From sequence record OR565852: DNA of 44,932 nt; one strand, written 5' to 3'. The stretch comes from Citrobacter phage phiNP. Below, piece by piece: positions 8,623 to 17,222 of the stretch (within the stretch, counting starts at the first letter, position 1; each line of letters begins with the position of its first letter). The notes under the pieces are model-generated. The model was not told where the DNA came from. It made no database searches and was given only the letters and a program-made list of their open reading frames with translations. A program made the translations under genes and the position numbers.

Positions 8623-10536
8623 TCAGTAGAACATAGGCATGGAGATCCGGCCGCCATTACGGGTTTCAATGGTCTGCTTCTCGCCATTACTGCCGGTCAT
8701 GGTAATTTCCAGCCTGAGTTTCTGATCCTCAAACGCCGCTTTCATCGCGCTGGTCAGATTTTCCCGTTCAGATGCGCTGGTACCACTACGCGGCTGGATA
8801 ATGGAGGGCGTCGCCCTGCTGGTGTTACCGGCGGCAACAGGTGCAGGTGACGCTGGCGACTGGCTGGCTATCACCCCGGGAGCATCCACCGCCGGTTTTT
8901 CTGCCTCCCTCACCACCGGCGGTAGCACCGGTGCCGGAACCCGGGCAGGATTCTGGTTAGCCCCTTGCGCGATATTCCGGTAATGCGCCAGTACGGCGCC
9001 AGGATACGCCGCGTTTTCCCGCCCCCACCGGCTCCGATCATAACCGCCGTTGTAATACCGCAGCGCCAGCGCCACATTTCCCCGGGAGCGTTGCATGTTC
9101 TCCGCGAAAATCTGCGCCCCGGCCATGATGTTTTGCCGGGGATCGGTCCAGTCAGTGACGCCGGTATTGCGGAAGTTTGACGGCATGACCTGCATCAGCC
9201 CCCGGGCGCCCGCCCGACTGATAGCACGCGGATTACCGCCGGACTCCTGGGACATTATCGCCTTAAGGAGTGTCGGATCGACGTTATATTTATCACCGGC
9301 TTCATGGAGAAGGTCGTCATATCGCCCCGCCCGTTCATAGGTTGTTGAGCGGCGGGATACAGGACGCCTCTCTGCTGGCCTGCGTGGCGCAATACCCGTC
9401 AGATCCTCCTGCAGCTGTGCCGCCGCGTCAGTTGCACCATAGCGGGCATCGTAGCGCCTGCGCACGGCGTCAGTATAAAATCCGGCATCCACCGCCCCGC
9501 GCTCCATCCGGGACAGGCTGCCGTACAGGTCTTTATCTCCCTGAATACGTCGCAACTTTTTGGCATTATCGCTGCTGACAAAACCGAGCGCATGAGAGAG
9601 GCCAGTAAAATCGCCGTGAGAGAACAGATCCGTTATGCCCTCCAGTCCATCTTTTACCGAACCGTCGATTTTATTCAGGCTGCCCAGTAACATACCGGCG
9701 GACATTTTCTTTTTCAGACCGTCCCATGATGCGCTGACTTCATTCAGGGTGCCGTTCATATCCTTCAGCTGGTCATTCAGAGCCGGATCCATCGTCAGAC
9801 CAAACTGATCGGACTTCGCCAGCAACTCTTTCAGGCGGGCACCTTCGCGCAGCAGCTGCAGACCGTTAGCATCCAGCCCCAGCGCATCAGCGGCGGTCTT
9901 CTGGTTCTCCGGTGACAGAGAGGGAAATACCCGGGCGATAGATTCCAGGGTTTTCAACACATCCGCCGTACCGTCCTTGTTCCTGACAATCTGTGCGCCA
10001 ATCTGGGACATCGCCCCCAGGACCGCGCTGTTTTTTCCCCAGAGCGCATCATTGAAGGTTTTAAACATCCCTTCTACAGACGCGTTCGCGCTCTGACTGT
10101 CGCTACCGAGGATGCGCATAGCGCCTGAAAGGCGGGTAAACTCGTCCACCCGCATTCCGGCGTTTTTGGCTGACACATCGAGGTTATAAGCCTCCCGCGA
10201 CGCCTCCGCGAAACTCTCTGCGACCCGCTTCATGCCATACCCGACCGCACCGGCCAGGCCAACTGAAGCCAGCTTTCCGGACAGCTCCCCCACCATTTTC
10301 AGGGGAGGAACCATATCACCGACAAACTGGACGTTATCGCGGGCCGCCCGGGCCATGCTGTCCAGTCGTCCGGAAATATTATCCAGCCCGTCAGTAGTAT
10401 CCTGGCCACCCAGCGCAAGCTCATCCTGGGTGTTCTGCAGTAGCGGGAGAAGCTTACGCACGGCCCCATCTATCCGGGAGACAGCATCACTGACCTGATC
10501 ATCTGCCACCAGTTCAAAATCAAATGCATTACTCAT
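8623..10536 (-). CDS. Tail tape measure protein with an internal soluble lytic transglycosylase (SLT) domain.
   Basis: A 637 aa protein downstream of E/E'. It contains …LLKAIMSQESGGNPRAISRAGARGLMQVMP…, which fits the SLT motif E-S…GLMQ. Confidence 0.7.
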   Translation of the reverse strand: MSNAFDFELVADDQVSDAVSRIDGAVRKLLPLLQNTQDELALGGQDTTDGLDNISGRLDSMARAARDNVQFVGDMVPPLKMVGELSGKLASVGLAGAVGYGMKRVAESFAEASREAYNLDVSAKNAGMRVDEFTRLSGAMRILGSDSQSANASVEGMFKTFNDALWGKNSAVLGAMSQIGAQIVRNKDGTADVLKTLESIARVFPSLSPENQKTAADALGLDANGLQLLREGARLKELLAKSDQFGLTMDPALNDQLKDMNGTLNEVSASWDGLKKKMSAGMLLGSLNKIDGSVKDGLEGITDLFSHGDFTGLSHALGFVSSDNAKKLRRIQGDKDLYGSLSRMERGAVDAGFYTDAVRRRYDARYGATDAAAQLQEDLTGIAPRRPAERRPVSRRSTTYERAGRYDDLLHEAGDKYNVDPTLLKAIMSQESGGNPRAISRAGARGLMQVMPSNFRNTGVTDWTDPRQNIMAGAQIFAENMQRSRGNVALALRYYNGGYDRSRWGRENAAYPGAVLAHYRNIAQGANQNPARVPAPVLPPVVREAEKPAVDAPGVIASQSPASPAPVAAGNTSRATPSIIQPRSGTSASERENLTSAMKAAFEDQKLRLEITMTGSNGEKQTIETRNGGRISMPMFY

Positions 10537-10956
10537 CGTCGCCCCTCGCCCTGATCCCGTTGATGCGGTCAGCCTGCGCCACCCACCATTTCAGGCGCTG
10601 CCAGGTCATGTTCCATGCTGTATCAGACGGCCACCTGAAATAAAAGGTGACGTCAGCCGCCGTCACCTGCCATTGTGTCAGGGCTTCCAGGTCAAAAAAC
10701 CGAGTAAATATTCCTCGCATTTGCGGAAGTCCAGAAAGTCCATCGGTGCCAGAACACTCTCACGAACACCGGACACCAGCGCAATCAGTAGCCGCATGGC
10801 CGCCAGCGAGGTCGATGCCGTCTGCTTTTCATAGAATTGTTCAGCCTGGCTTAACGTCGGTGCCTTCAGCTCCAGAGAGTCATAGCGCGTTTTCTGCGCC
10901 TGGTCTTCCAGGGGGACCGTCAGCGTCACCACTTTGATTCTGTCCAGCTCTGCCAT
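10529..10956 (-). CDS. Tail assembly chaperone E+E' fusion produced by a programmed -1 ribosomal frameshift at TTTTTTG (minus strand, 10699..10693).
   Basis: In the zero frame the sequence …GGT TTT TTG ACC TGG AAG CCC TGA terminates. In the -1 frame …TTT TTT GAC CTG GAA… continues into the 10529..10720 ORF (…FFDLEALTQW…). The slippery heptamer is identical to the one used by P2 E/E'. Confidence 0.6.
10678..10956 (-). CDS. Tail assembly chaperone (P2 gpE-like).
   Basis: A small ORF between the tail tube and tape measure genes. Its 3' end contains GGTTTTTTG. Confidence 0.65.
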   Translation of the reverse strand: MAELDRIKVVTLTVPLEDQAQKTRYDSLELKAPTLSQAEQFYEKQTASTSLAAMRLLIALVSGVRESVLAPMDFLDFRKCEEYLLGFLTWKP

Positions 10957-10958
10957 TA

Positions 10959-11330
10959 TCAGTTCTCCGTTACGTCGCGTCCTTCCCAGCGCACATCAAA
11001 AACAGCGTCCTCGCTTTCCACTTCCTGGACATTCACCGTCCAGAGGCTACGACCTATGATGGTTTTGCCGTTAGCCAGCTCCGCGATGACGTTCACATTA
11101 GTCTGGTCGTTAAAGCCCGCCACGACCGTACCGCCGCTGTCGCGCAGACGCGCGGAGATATAGGACGCCACCGGCTTTTCCTTGTAGCCGTGGACGCCAT
11201 CCATCCCCACAAGAGAGGTGCGGTTAACCTTCGCAGCCTGGTATTTAAACGAGCCTTCCACCATCACCGTCACCCCGTTCACGGTGACGTAGGCGGTACC
11301 CGCCAGGCGGTTTGTGGTATCTCCTGTCAT
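10959..11330 (-). CDS. Contractile tail tube protein.
   Basis: A 123 aa protein immediately downstream of the sheath gene. Confidence 0.65.
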   Translation of the reverse strand: MTGDTTNRLAGTAYVTVNGVTVMVEGSFKYQAAKVNRTSLVGMDGVHGYKEKPVASYISARLRDSGGTVVAGFNDQTNVNVIAELANGKTIIGRSLWTVNVQEVESEDAVFDVRWEGRDVTEN

Positions 11331-11333
11331 TGT

Positions 11334-12836
11334 TTAAGCTCCTGTAGTTGACTGCGCCTGGAGGCGGAACTGTGTCAGCAGTGCAAAGATGCGCAGCTGG
11401 TTCATCAGCGTTCCGGGCCAGAGGACATCGACCCGGTTGGGGTTCAATGCGTTCTGCTCGACGATCAGGTTTTTCGCGAATGATGCCGAATCCTGCACAT
11501 AGCCGTTATATTCCAGGGTCTGGTATTCCGCGATCTGGTCTGCCCTGATGACGTTCGGGGTCACGATGGCGGCTCCCGGCGCAAACCGGGTCCCGTCCGC
11601 CGCCAGTTTCATCCGGCCAAATTTGCTGGTTACCTGCGTGCGCAGATAGCGAACCACAAACATCAGGTTAAACAGCGTTTCCACCTGCAGATAGCTGTCA
11701 TCCGCATCGCCGTAAGCGTTGGTCTGGTAGGTGGTGATCACGTTCTCCACGCTAACGGTGCCATCATCCGCTACGGTAAAGGTGGAAATACCGCTGTGCA
11801 GCAGGTTGTTGCGTTCGGTCAGCGTAAACCGATCCTCCAGCGCTGGCGCCAGCACACCATACACCGGCAGGGTCTGAGTGGGACGACCGGGGTCGTTACG
11901 CAGCGACGGCGCTATGGCCCCGGTCAGTGCCGCCGCCCAGACATAAGACGGAGACGGTGACCGGTTCACGCCCATCAGCGTCTCATGCTGGTTATTGCGG
12001 GTTTCTCCCTTTGTCCCCAGCTCCGCGTAGGTGCCACTGGTCACACCAAATGCATGACCATAGAGCTGCTGCTCCCAGGACCAGCGCCCGGTGGCATCCG
12101 ACAGAAACGCCTTTATGGCGTCCAGCGATGCCGTGTCATCCCAGGGGTTTACGATGAAATCAAAGGTCTTGTCCTGCAGGTTTGCCAGCCCACCAACCAT
12201 ATCAGGTGCACCGGCGCCGCCGGTCATGGGCGAAATGGTGATATCCAGGCCGACAGGTGTTGCCTCTCCACCCTGTGAGCCCAGATAGTTCAGGCGCAGA
12301 TCCACCGAGTTACCGCAACTTCCGGGGTTACGGGCCGTCAGCTCTACGGCACCGGCATTCGCAGACGCCGCTACCGGAATCCCCGCCTTTTTATTAATCG
12401 CCGCGGCCAGCGCGGTGGCAATCTGACTACTGGTATCATCGGAGGTTACGGATACCTGTACCCGGGTACCGCCAATATAAAGCGAGATCACACCAGCCCC
12501 TGACGCCGTTCCGCTGATGGCAATGCTACCCGTCGCGCTGACCATGCTGGAGTCAGCGGCCAGCGGCAGGATCCAGATCTCCGCAGCGGTATCGTTCTGC
12601 TGGTAAGCCGTCATCATCGCATGCAGCATCGAGCCCCTGCCGGTCAGCTCCCCGACCACATTCACGGACGAAACGCGAACAGGAATATCCGGCGCCGTGG
12701 TGCCGGTATCCAGCATCTGGCCAATCAGCAGCGTGCGCTGGGTTGCCGTGGCGCTGTTCGCCATAGAGTTATCAAACTCCACAAAAAACAGCGGGGTTCG
12801 AAGATTAGACGGAATTCGGGAAAACGGGACGGTCAT
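11334..12836 (-). CDS. Contractile tail sheath protein.
   Basis: A 500 aa protein following the conserved sheath-tube-chaperone-tape measure order. Confidence 0.7.
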   Translation of the reverse strand: MTVPFSRIPSNLRTPLFFVEFDNSMANSATATQRTLLIGQMLDTGTTAPDIPVRVSSVNVVGELTGRGSMLHAMMTAYQQNDTAAEIWILPLAADSSMVSATGSIAISGTASGAGVISLYIGGTRVQVSVTSDDTSSQIATALAAAINKKAGIPVAASANAGAVELTARNPGSCGNSVDLRLNYLGSQGGEATPVGLDITISPMTGGAGAPDMVGGLANLQDKTFDFIVNPWDDTASLDAIKAFLSDATGRWSWEQQLYGHAFGVTSGTYAELGTKGETRNNQHETLMGVNRSPSPSYVWAAALTGAIAPSLRNDPGRPTQTLPVYGVLAPALEDRFTLTERNNLLHSGISTFTVADDGTVSVENVITTYQTNAYGDADDSYLQVETLFNLMFVVRYLRTQVTSKFGRMKLAADGTRFAPGAAIVTPNVIRADQIAEYQTLEYNGYVQDSASFAKNLIVEQNALNPNRVDVLWPGTLMNQLRIFALLTQFRLQAQSTTGA

Positions 12837-12997
12837 TTACTGGCCCCCTTATTTTTGGTTTCAACCAGTGCCACATCGCCATCGCGCAAACGGCGGCGCC
12901 AGAAAGTATTATCCGGCACCTCGGCGCCGGATTTGGGCAAAGCTTCGCCCCGGACCGGGCAGCGAACGCTGAGCCCGTCCTTCGGTTTTACGAACAT
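12833..12997 (-). CDS. Small conserved tail-module protein (54 aa, Mu gp38/DUF2635-like). It falls below the ORF-track cut-off.
   Basis: Hand-translated as MFVKPKDGLSVRCPVRGEALPKSGAEVPDNTFWRRRLRDGDVALVETKNKGAS. Its TGA stop overlaps the sheath ATG (ATGA). Confidence 0.4.
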   Translation of the reverse strand: MFVKPKDGLSVRCPVRGEALPKSGAEVPDNTFWRRRLRDGDVALVETKNKGASK

Positions 12998-12999
12998 AA

Positions 13000-13545
13000 T
13001 TACTCCTGCAGATCGATACTGACGCCGGGGCGCGGAGTGCCGTCCGGCATTTCAATAGTGATGTCCACGCCCTCCAGGGGGTGGGTTTCGATAGGATAGA
13101 AGTCCTCCGGCCCCTGGTAGTGCTCGATGTCGATTTCCACCAGCAACTGCCCCAGATGTGCCTCACCGTCGGCATCTACGTTGATTGTCGATCGCACTTC
13201 GGCATACTGCTGAATCCGGCGGGTCAGCTCATAGCTGTTGATAACAGCCCGCTCGACCTGATCGCGCAGCGTCTCCAGCGCGATTTCGGCCCGCATGGCG
13301 CCATCATCCTCTGATTCGCCGTCATATTCCTGCACCCGCCCCGTGATCCGGATGGTGGTCACGGTGGTGAATGCCGGCGCATTACGGCCCTGAGAACGCT
13401 TGTGGTCAAAGGGGGTCTGAACCAGTATTGCCGGATAGATATCGGCCCGGGTGGGCCAGTCCCGGGGAGAATAGACGCGCTCCCCGGCGTCCGTCTTCCC
13501 GGCCAGGCTGGCAACAACCAGCTGCCTGATAGTGGATGCATTCAT
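13000..13545 (-). CDS. Virion morphogenesis / tail completion protein.
   Basis: Lies between the head-tail joining gene and the sheath gene. Overlapping start and stop codons indicate translational coupling. Confidence 0.4.
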   Translation of the reverse strand: MNASTIRQLVVASLAGKTDAGERVYSPRDWPTRADIYPAILVQTPFDHKRSQGRNAPAFTTVTTIRITGRVQEYDGESEDDGAMRAEIALETLRDQVERAVINSYELTRRIQQYAEVRSTINVDADGEAHLGQLLVEIDIEHYQGPEDFYPIETHPLEGVDITIEMPDGTPRPGVSIDLQE

Positions 13546-13892
13546 GATCGGGACCTGACGACGTTGAGCACCAGCTTTGTGCCGCCGTGGCTGTCGGGCT
13601 GTTTATCCATAACAACAAACAGCTGATTAACCGGAACACCGCCGACAGTGCGAATAAAAACACGATCTCCCTGCTCCGGAGGTCGGGTAAAATCCGAATC
13701 CCTGACGCCCAGCACCGGACTGGTGGTGTTGATCTCAGCATCGCCATCGAGGTTCTCAGCCAGCTGCACATAGCCCCGATCAAAGATGCCATTCACGTCA
13801 AACGGCGTACCGCCGCGCGGGCGGTACTCATGCCGGTCACCAAAAACCTGATGCAACGGTGCCAGCAGATGGGTATCCCAGTTAACCCCCAT
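13542..13892 (-). CDS. Head-tail joining protein (lambda gpFII-like).
   Basis: …GIFDRGYVQL…SPVLGVRDSDFTRPPEQGDRVFIRTVGG… parallels lambda FII …GVFDDPEN…SPSLFVRTDEVRQLRRGDTLTI…. Confidence 0.5.
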   Translation of the reverse strand: MGVNWDTHLLAPLHQVFGDRHEYRPRGGTPFDVNGIFDRGYVQLAENLDGDAEINTTSPVLGVRDSDFTRPPEQGDRVFIRTVGGVPVNQLFVVMDKQPDSHGGTKLVLNVVRSRS

Positions 13893-13894
13893 AA

Positions 13895-14200
13895 TCAGCC
13901 CTCCGTAATACTGACGCCGGACGCCTTCGCCAGCGCCTTTTTACGGACCGCCTGCAGGTCCGCAATGACACCCGCCTGAATCAGACGTTCAGCATCCGCA
14001 CCGGTGACGGGAATACGCCTATTTTCACCGTATTCCCGCCCGTTATGACGGACACAGTTCCCCTTCAGCACCACATAGTCAGGATCCGATGTTTCGTCCT
14101 GCGACTCTTCGGCGTCCAGAATTTCTTCATCTTCCGGCCCGTCATACCCTGTTTCTTCTGCCTGAAGCAGGGCTTCATTTTCCGGTTTCTTTTTACCCAT
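13895..14200 (-). CDS. Hypothetical acidic head-module protein (101 aa), in the position of an FI-like packaging accessory protein.
   Basis: It sits directly downstream of the major capsid gene and has a D/E-rich N-terminal half. Confidence 0.3.
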   Translation of the reverse strand: MGKKKPENEALLQAEETGYDGPEDEEILDAEESQDETSDPDYVVLKGNCVRHNGREYGENRRIPVTGADAERLIQAGVIADLQAVRKKALAKASGVSITEG

Positions 14201-14201
14201 A

Positions 14202-15251
14202 TCACACCACCGTTGCGCAAAGTGAAGCGTTGACCCGGCTCGGAATCACCAGCGGCGCGGACTGCATCAGCAGAAGGCGCTGAGCGGGATCTTCTTTGAC
14301 CCAGGTTTTCGGCGCGTACGCTAATGGCCCGTAGTTGAAGGCAGGATCCATGATGACGCCAAATGCCCGGGTTCCCATCAAATCGGCACAACTCATCAGA
14401 ACAGCGCCGTCCGGGATGAGGGGTTTTTCCTTGTTATCTTCCGGGTCAATAAACCAGTCGTTATAAAGCCACAGGTCAAAGTTGCCCCAGCGCCCTTTAT
14501 AGACGGCCCCCTTCATGATCTGCGCCCCGGCATTGACCTGGTTACCAAACGGACTCAGTGCCGGGAAGGTGATCGCGTTGTCCTTGATGGTGGTATCCAG
14601 ACGGAACGCACGCCAGGATTTGTTGGTGAAAATCAGATCGGTTGCCACCGCGCCGGACTTCTGCAGGACACGGGTCTGCCAGTCCTCGATATCATCTGAC
14701 GGTCGCGTGTTCGTGGCACCGGCTGCCACAGTGAGCGGCCAGACGTCCGAGCCACTCAGGGTGACGGTCAGAGAGGGATCGCGCCCGAAATTCACCACAC
14801 GGGTTTCGTATCCGTCGCCGGAGACTGTGACGGTGCCGGTAGTCAGTGCGCTGGCGGCCATCCACTCCAGACGGCGGTTAATCATGTCAATCTGATCGGC
14901 CATCTCGAACTGCAGGTTCAGCATTTCGCGCTCAGCCGCGGTATATTCTCCGCCAATGCGTTCACCAATCTGACGACGGATAGGTTTACGCAGATCCGGC
15001 GCGCGCTTATCTTTGATATACGCAGGTTTAAAGGTATTGGTCTGGTAGGTTCGGGACTCCACCAGCTTGCCTTCCACCAGCGGAGACACAAACGGCGACA
15101 TACGGCGAAGACCCACGTCCACGTCAATCGCCACCTCTTCCTGGTCAGATGTCACCACATTTGGAAAGAAGCGGTCCAGCAGCCAGTTCTGGCTGGTTTT
15201 CAGGTTCGGCACCACCTGCACCAGCACACTGGTATCAAAAATATTCTTCAT
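14202..15251 (-). CDS. Major capsid protein (lambda gpE-like).
   Basis: …MSPFVSPLVEGKLVESR… corresponds to lambda …ALYVSPIVSGEVIRSR…. The C-terminal …LMQSAPLVIPS… corresponds to lambda …MIQSAPLMLLA…. Confidence 0.75.
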   Translation of the reverse strand: MKNIFDTSVLVQVVPNLKTSQNWLLDRFFPNVVTSDQEEVAIDVDVGLRRMSPFVSPLVEGKLVESRTYQTNTFKPAYIKDKRAPDLRKPIRRQIGERIGGEYTAAEREMLNLQFEMADQIDMINRRLEWMAASALTTGTVTVSGDGYETRVVNFGRDPSLTVTLSGSDVWPLTVAAGATNTRPSDDIEDWQTRVLQKSGAVATDLIFTNKSWRAFRLDTTIKDNAITFPALSPFGNQVNAGAQIMKGAVYKGRWGNFDLWLYNDWFIDPEDNKEKPLIPDGAVLMSCADLMGTRAFGVIMDPAFNYGPLAYAPKTWVKEDPAQRLLLMQSAPLVIPSRVNASLCATVV

Positions 15252-15344
15252 ATCAGGTCTCTTTGCTATGCCGGCTCACTGGCCGGCCAAATTCAGAACA
15301 GAAGCACCCCTGCCGGTTAAGGCATACGTTCAGTGCTTCGGGGA

Positions 15345-15752
15345 TCAGGAAGAGGAAAGCGGCGTTTGTACACTGTCGCGCAGAAAGATGGCTACCGGGC
15401 GTAGCGCGGTTTTCATCTCCGCCATGGTCCAGCTTTTATCGATAGTGACACGATTCTGGTTAAATTCACCCATCAGATAAACACCGGCCTGCTGCTCTGC
15501 GTCGGTGGCATCAACATCATCCACCAGAATGGCCAGCGGCGTCTGGCTACCGTCAGCAGCCGTTTTAACGCAGGCGGTATAGTTACCGGAGTCGGTGATC
15601 ATACCCAGTACGGTACCGCGTGTTAGCACGTTACCGGCATCAATCATCACCGTATCGGTGACCAGCTGCAGAGTACCGGCAATCAGCTGATCGGGGACAA
15701 ACAGAGAACTCTGCATTCCCGGAGAAAACGGGTTTGGCCCAAACTGATCCAT
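15345..15752 (-). CDS. Head decoration protein (lambda gpD-like).
   Basis: A 135 aa protein between the scaffold and capsid genes, in the gpD position. Confidence 0.55.
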   Translation of the reverse strand: MDQFGPNPFSPGMQSSLFVPDQLIAGTLQLVTDTVMIDAGNVLTRGTVLGMITDSGNYTACVKTAADGSQTPLAILVDDVDATDAEQQAGVYLMGEFNQNRVTIDKSWTMAEMKTALRPVAIFLRDSVQTPLSSS

Positions 15753-16354
15753 TATTTTTCACCTCGCGCATTGTTATAGAGCTGCGTCATTTTGCTGACG
15801 AGCTCCGATTTACCATTTGACGCCTTCCCCCCATCCGCGCCCAGACGGACCTGCTGCCCGGACATCATGCGCTCATCCAGAGAGCGACGCCCGCCAGCAG
15901 CCCCGGCACCACGCTGTGCTGCTGCGGACGATTTCATGACGCTGATAGCGGCGGCCGAACTCATCCCGGTATTGAATGCCAGCGATGCAGCCAGCGCCGG
16001 ATTAGCAGCAGCATGGTGGCTGCCAAAGATACGGGCGCAGCGGCGGCGTTCAGCCGTTCGGGCCTTACGTGTCGCTTTTCCTTCCTTTTCATCATCGCCG
16101 TCATCCTCTTCCGCATCCGGCTCCTGCTCATCATCACCTTCCGCATCCGGATCGGTCTCATCGTCTTCGGCGTCGTCCTCACGGTCGTCATCTTCGGCGT
16201 CACCATCACGATCATCGTCTTCCGCATCGTCCTCGCGCTCGTCTTCTTCAGCGCGGCGGCTGCGGGCCTTCTTCGCTTTTTTATCCTCTTCATCCTCAGA
16301 TGCAGAGGCGCCTAAACCCAACAGATGGGCGAAACTGAATGATGCTTTTGCCAT
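15752..16354 (-). CDS. Capsid scaffolding protein (Nu3-like) with a long acidic low-complexity tract.
   Basis: Lies between the S49 protease and gpD. It contains DDAEDDDRDGDAEDDDREDDAEDDETDPDAEGDDEQEPDAEEDDGDDE. Confidence 0.55.
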   Translation of the reverse strand: MAKASFSFAHLLGLGASASEDEEDKKAKKARSRRAEEDEREDDAEDDDRDGDAEDDDREDDAEDDETDPDAEGDDEQEPDAEEDDGDDEKEGKATRKARTAERRRCARIFGSHHAAANPALAASLAFNTGMSSAAAISVMKSSAAAQRGAGAAGGRRSLDERMMSGQQVRLGADGGKASNGKSELVSKMTQLYNNARGEK

Positions 16355-16355
16355 A

Positions 16356-17222
16356 TCAGGCTCCTGTCAGTGAAAGTAGTTTTCTAAAAGCGGCATCCGG
16401 GGTAATCACCTCATCAGCCAGACCCAGTTCAACGCCATCACCGGCCATAAAACACGCCGCCTGGGTGTTTTTAATGACTTTTGCGCTGATACCACGGTTA
16501 CGTGCAACGGTGTTAACAAACAGTTCCCCCATTGCGTTAATGTCCTGCTGAATGGCCGTAAACGCCTCATCGGACAATTCTTTATAGGGCGACCCCTCCG
16601 CCTTACGGCTGCCAAAGGTAATGATTGTGACCTTCAGGCCGTCATCCATGATGCGCTGGCTCCAGTCCAGATGCATGGTCACCACGCCCACAGAGCCGAC
16701 GCCACCGGTGCGCGGTACGCAGATGCGATCGGCGGCGCTGGCGATAGCATAGGCCGCTGAATAGGCGCTCTCTGACAAAATGGCGTGAATCGGCTTATCG
16801 CCGCGGGCGCTATAGATTTCATCCACCAGGTCAAAACAACCGGCTACCTCCCCACCCGGGGAGTCGATGTCAAGACAAATCCCGGTAATCTCAGGGTCTG
16901 CCATCGCGGTCAGAAAGGTCTGCCGTATTCCGTCATAACCGGTCATTCCACTGTATGGACGCAGGCAGCCCAGCTTCTGGACCAGCGTCCCCTGAATGGG
17001 AATAACCGCAATCCCGGCCACATTGTCATAGCCCGGATCCCGCTGCGTTGAGCGCCGTCGGTTATCGTCATAGCCATACGACTCATCAGACATCGCCATG
17101 GATGCCTCCACCCTGCTGATGCCAAATCGATCCATGACGGCCGCCATAATGACCTCAGCTTTATGCGGGTGAATCGCCAGCGGCGTATTAAAAAGCCGCT
17201 GTGCCAGATGGGGTAAATTCAC
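16356..17222 (-). CDS. Head maturation protease (lambda gpC-like, S49/ClpP-fold).
   Basis: A 288 aa protein downstream of the portal gene, in the position of the lambda C protease. Confidence 0.65.
   Translation of the reverse strand: MNLPHLAQRLFNTPLAIHPHKAEVIMAAVMDRFGISRVEASMAMSDESYGYDDNRRRSTQRDPGYDNVAGIAVIPIQGTLVQKLGCLRPYSGMTGYDGIRQTFLTAMADPEITGICLDIDSPGGEVAGCFDLVDEIYSARGDKPIHAILSESAYSAAYAIASAADRICVPRTGGVGSVGVVTMHLDWSQRIMDDGLKVTIITFGSRKAEGSPYKELSDEAFTAIQQDINAMGELFVNTVARNRGISAKVIKNTQAACFMAGDGVELGLADEVITPDAAFRKLLSLTGA

Noticed and set aside
7186-10536. Possibility that this is a transposable Mu-like phage, given the Mu-type tail genes.
   Set aside because: No MuA/MuB-type transposase or Mu ends are present. 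Integration is accounted for by a tyrosine integrase and xis next to an ssrA att repeat. Only the tail module is Mu/P2-like.
15792-16373. Plus-strand ORFs (193, 100 and 89 aa) overlapping the scaffold gene. They have S-rich or HRR-rich low-complexity translations.
   Set aside because: They are mirror images of the GA-rich acidic repeat of the scaffold gene read on the opposite strand, so they are shadow ORFs.
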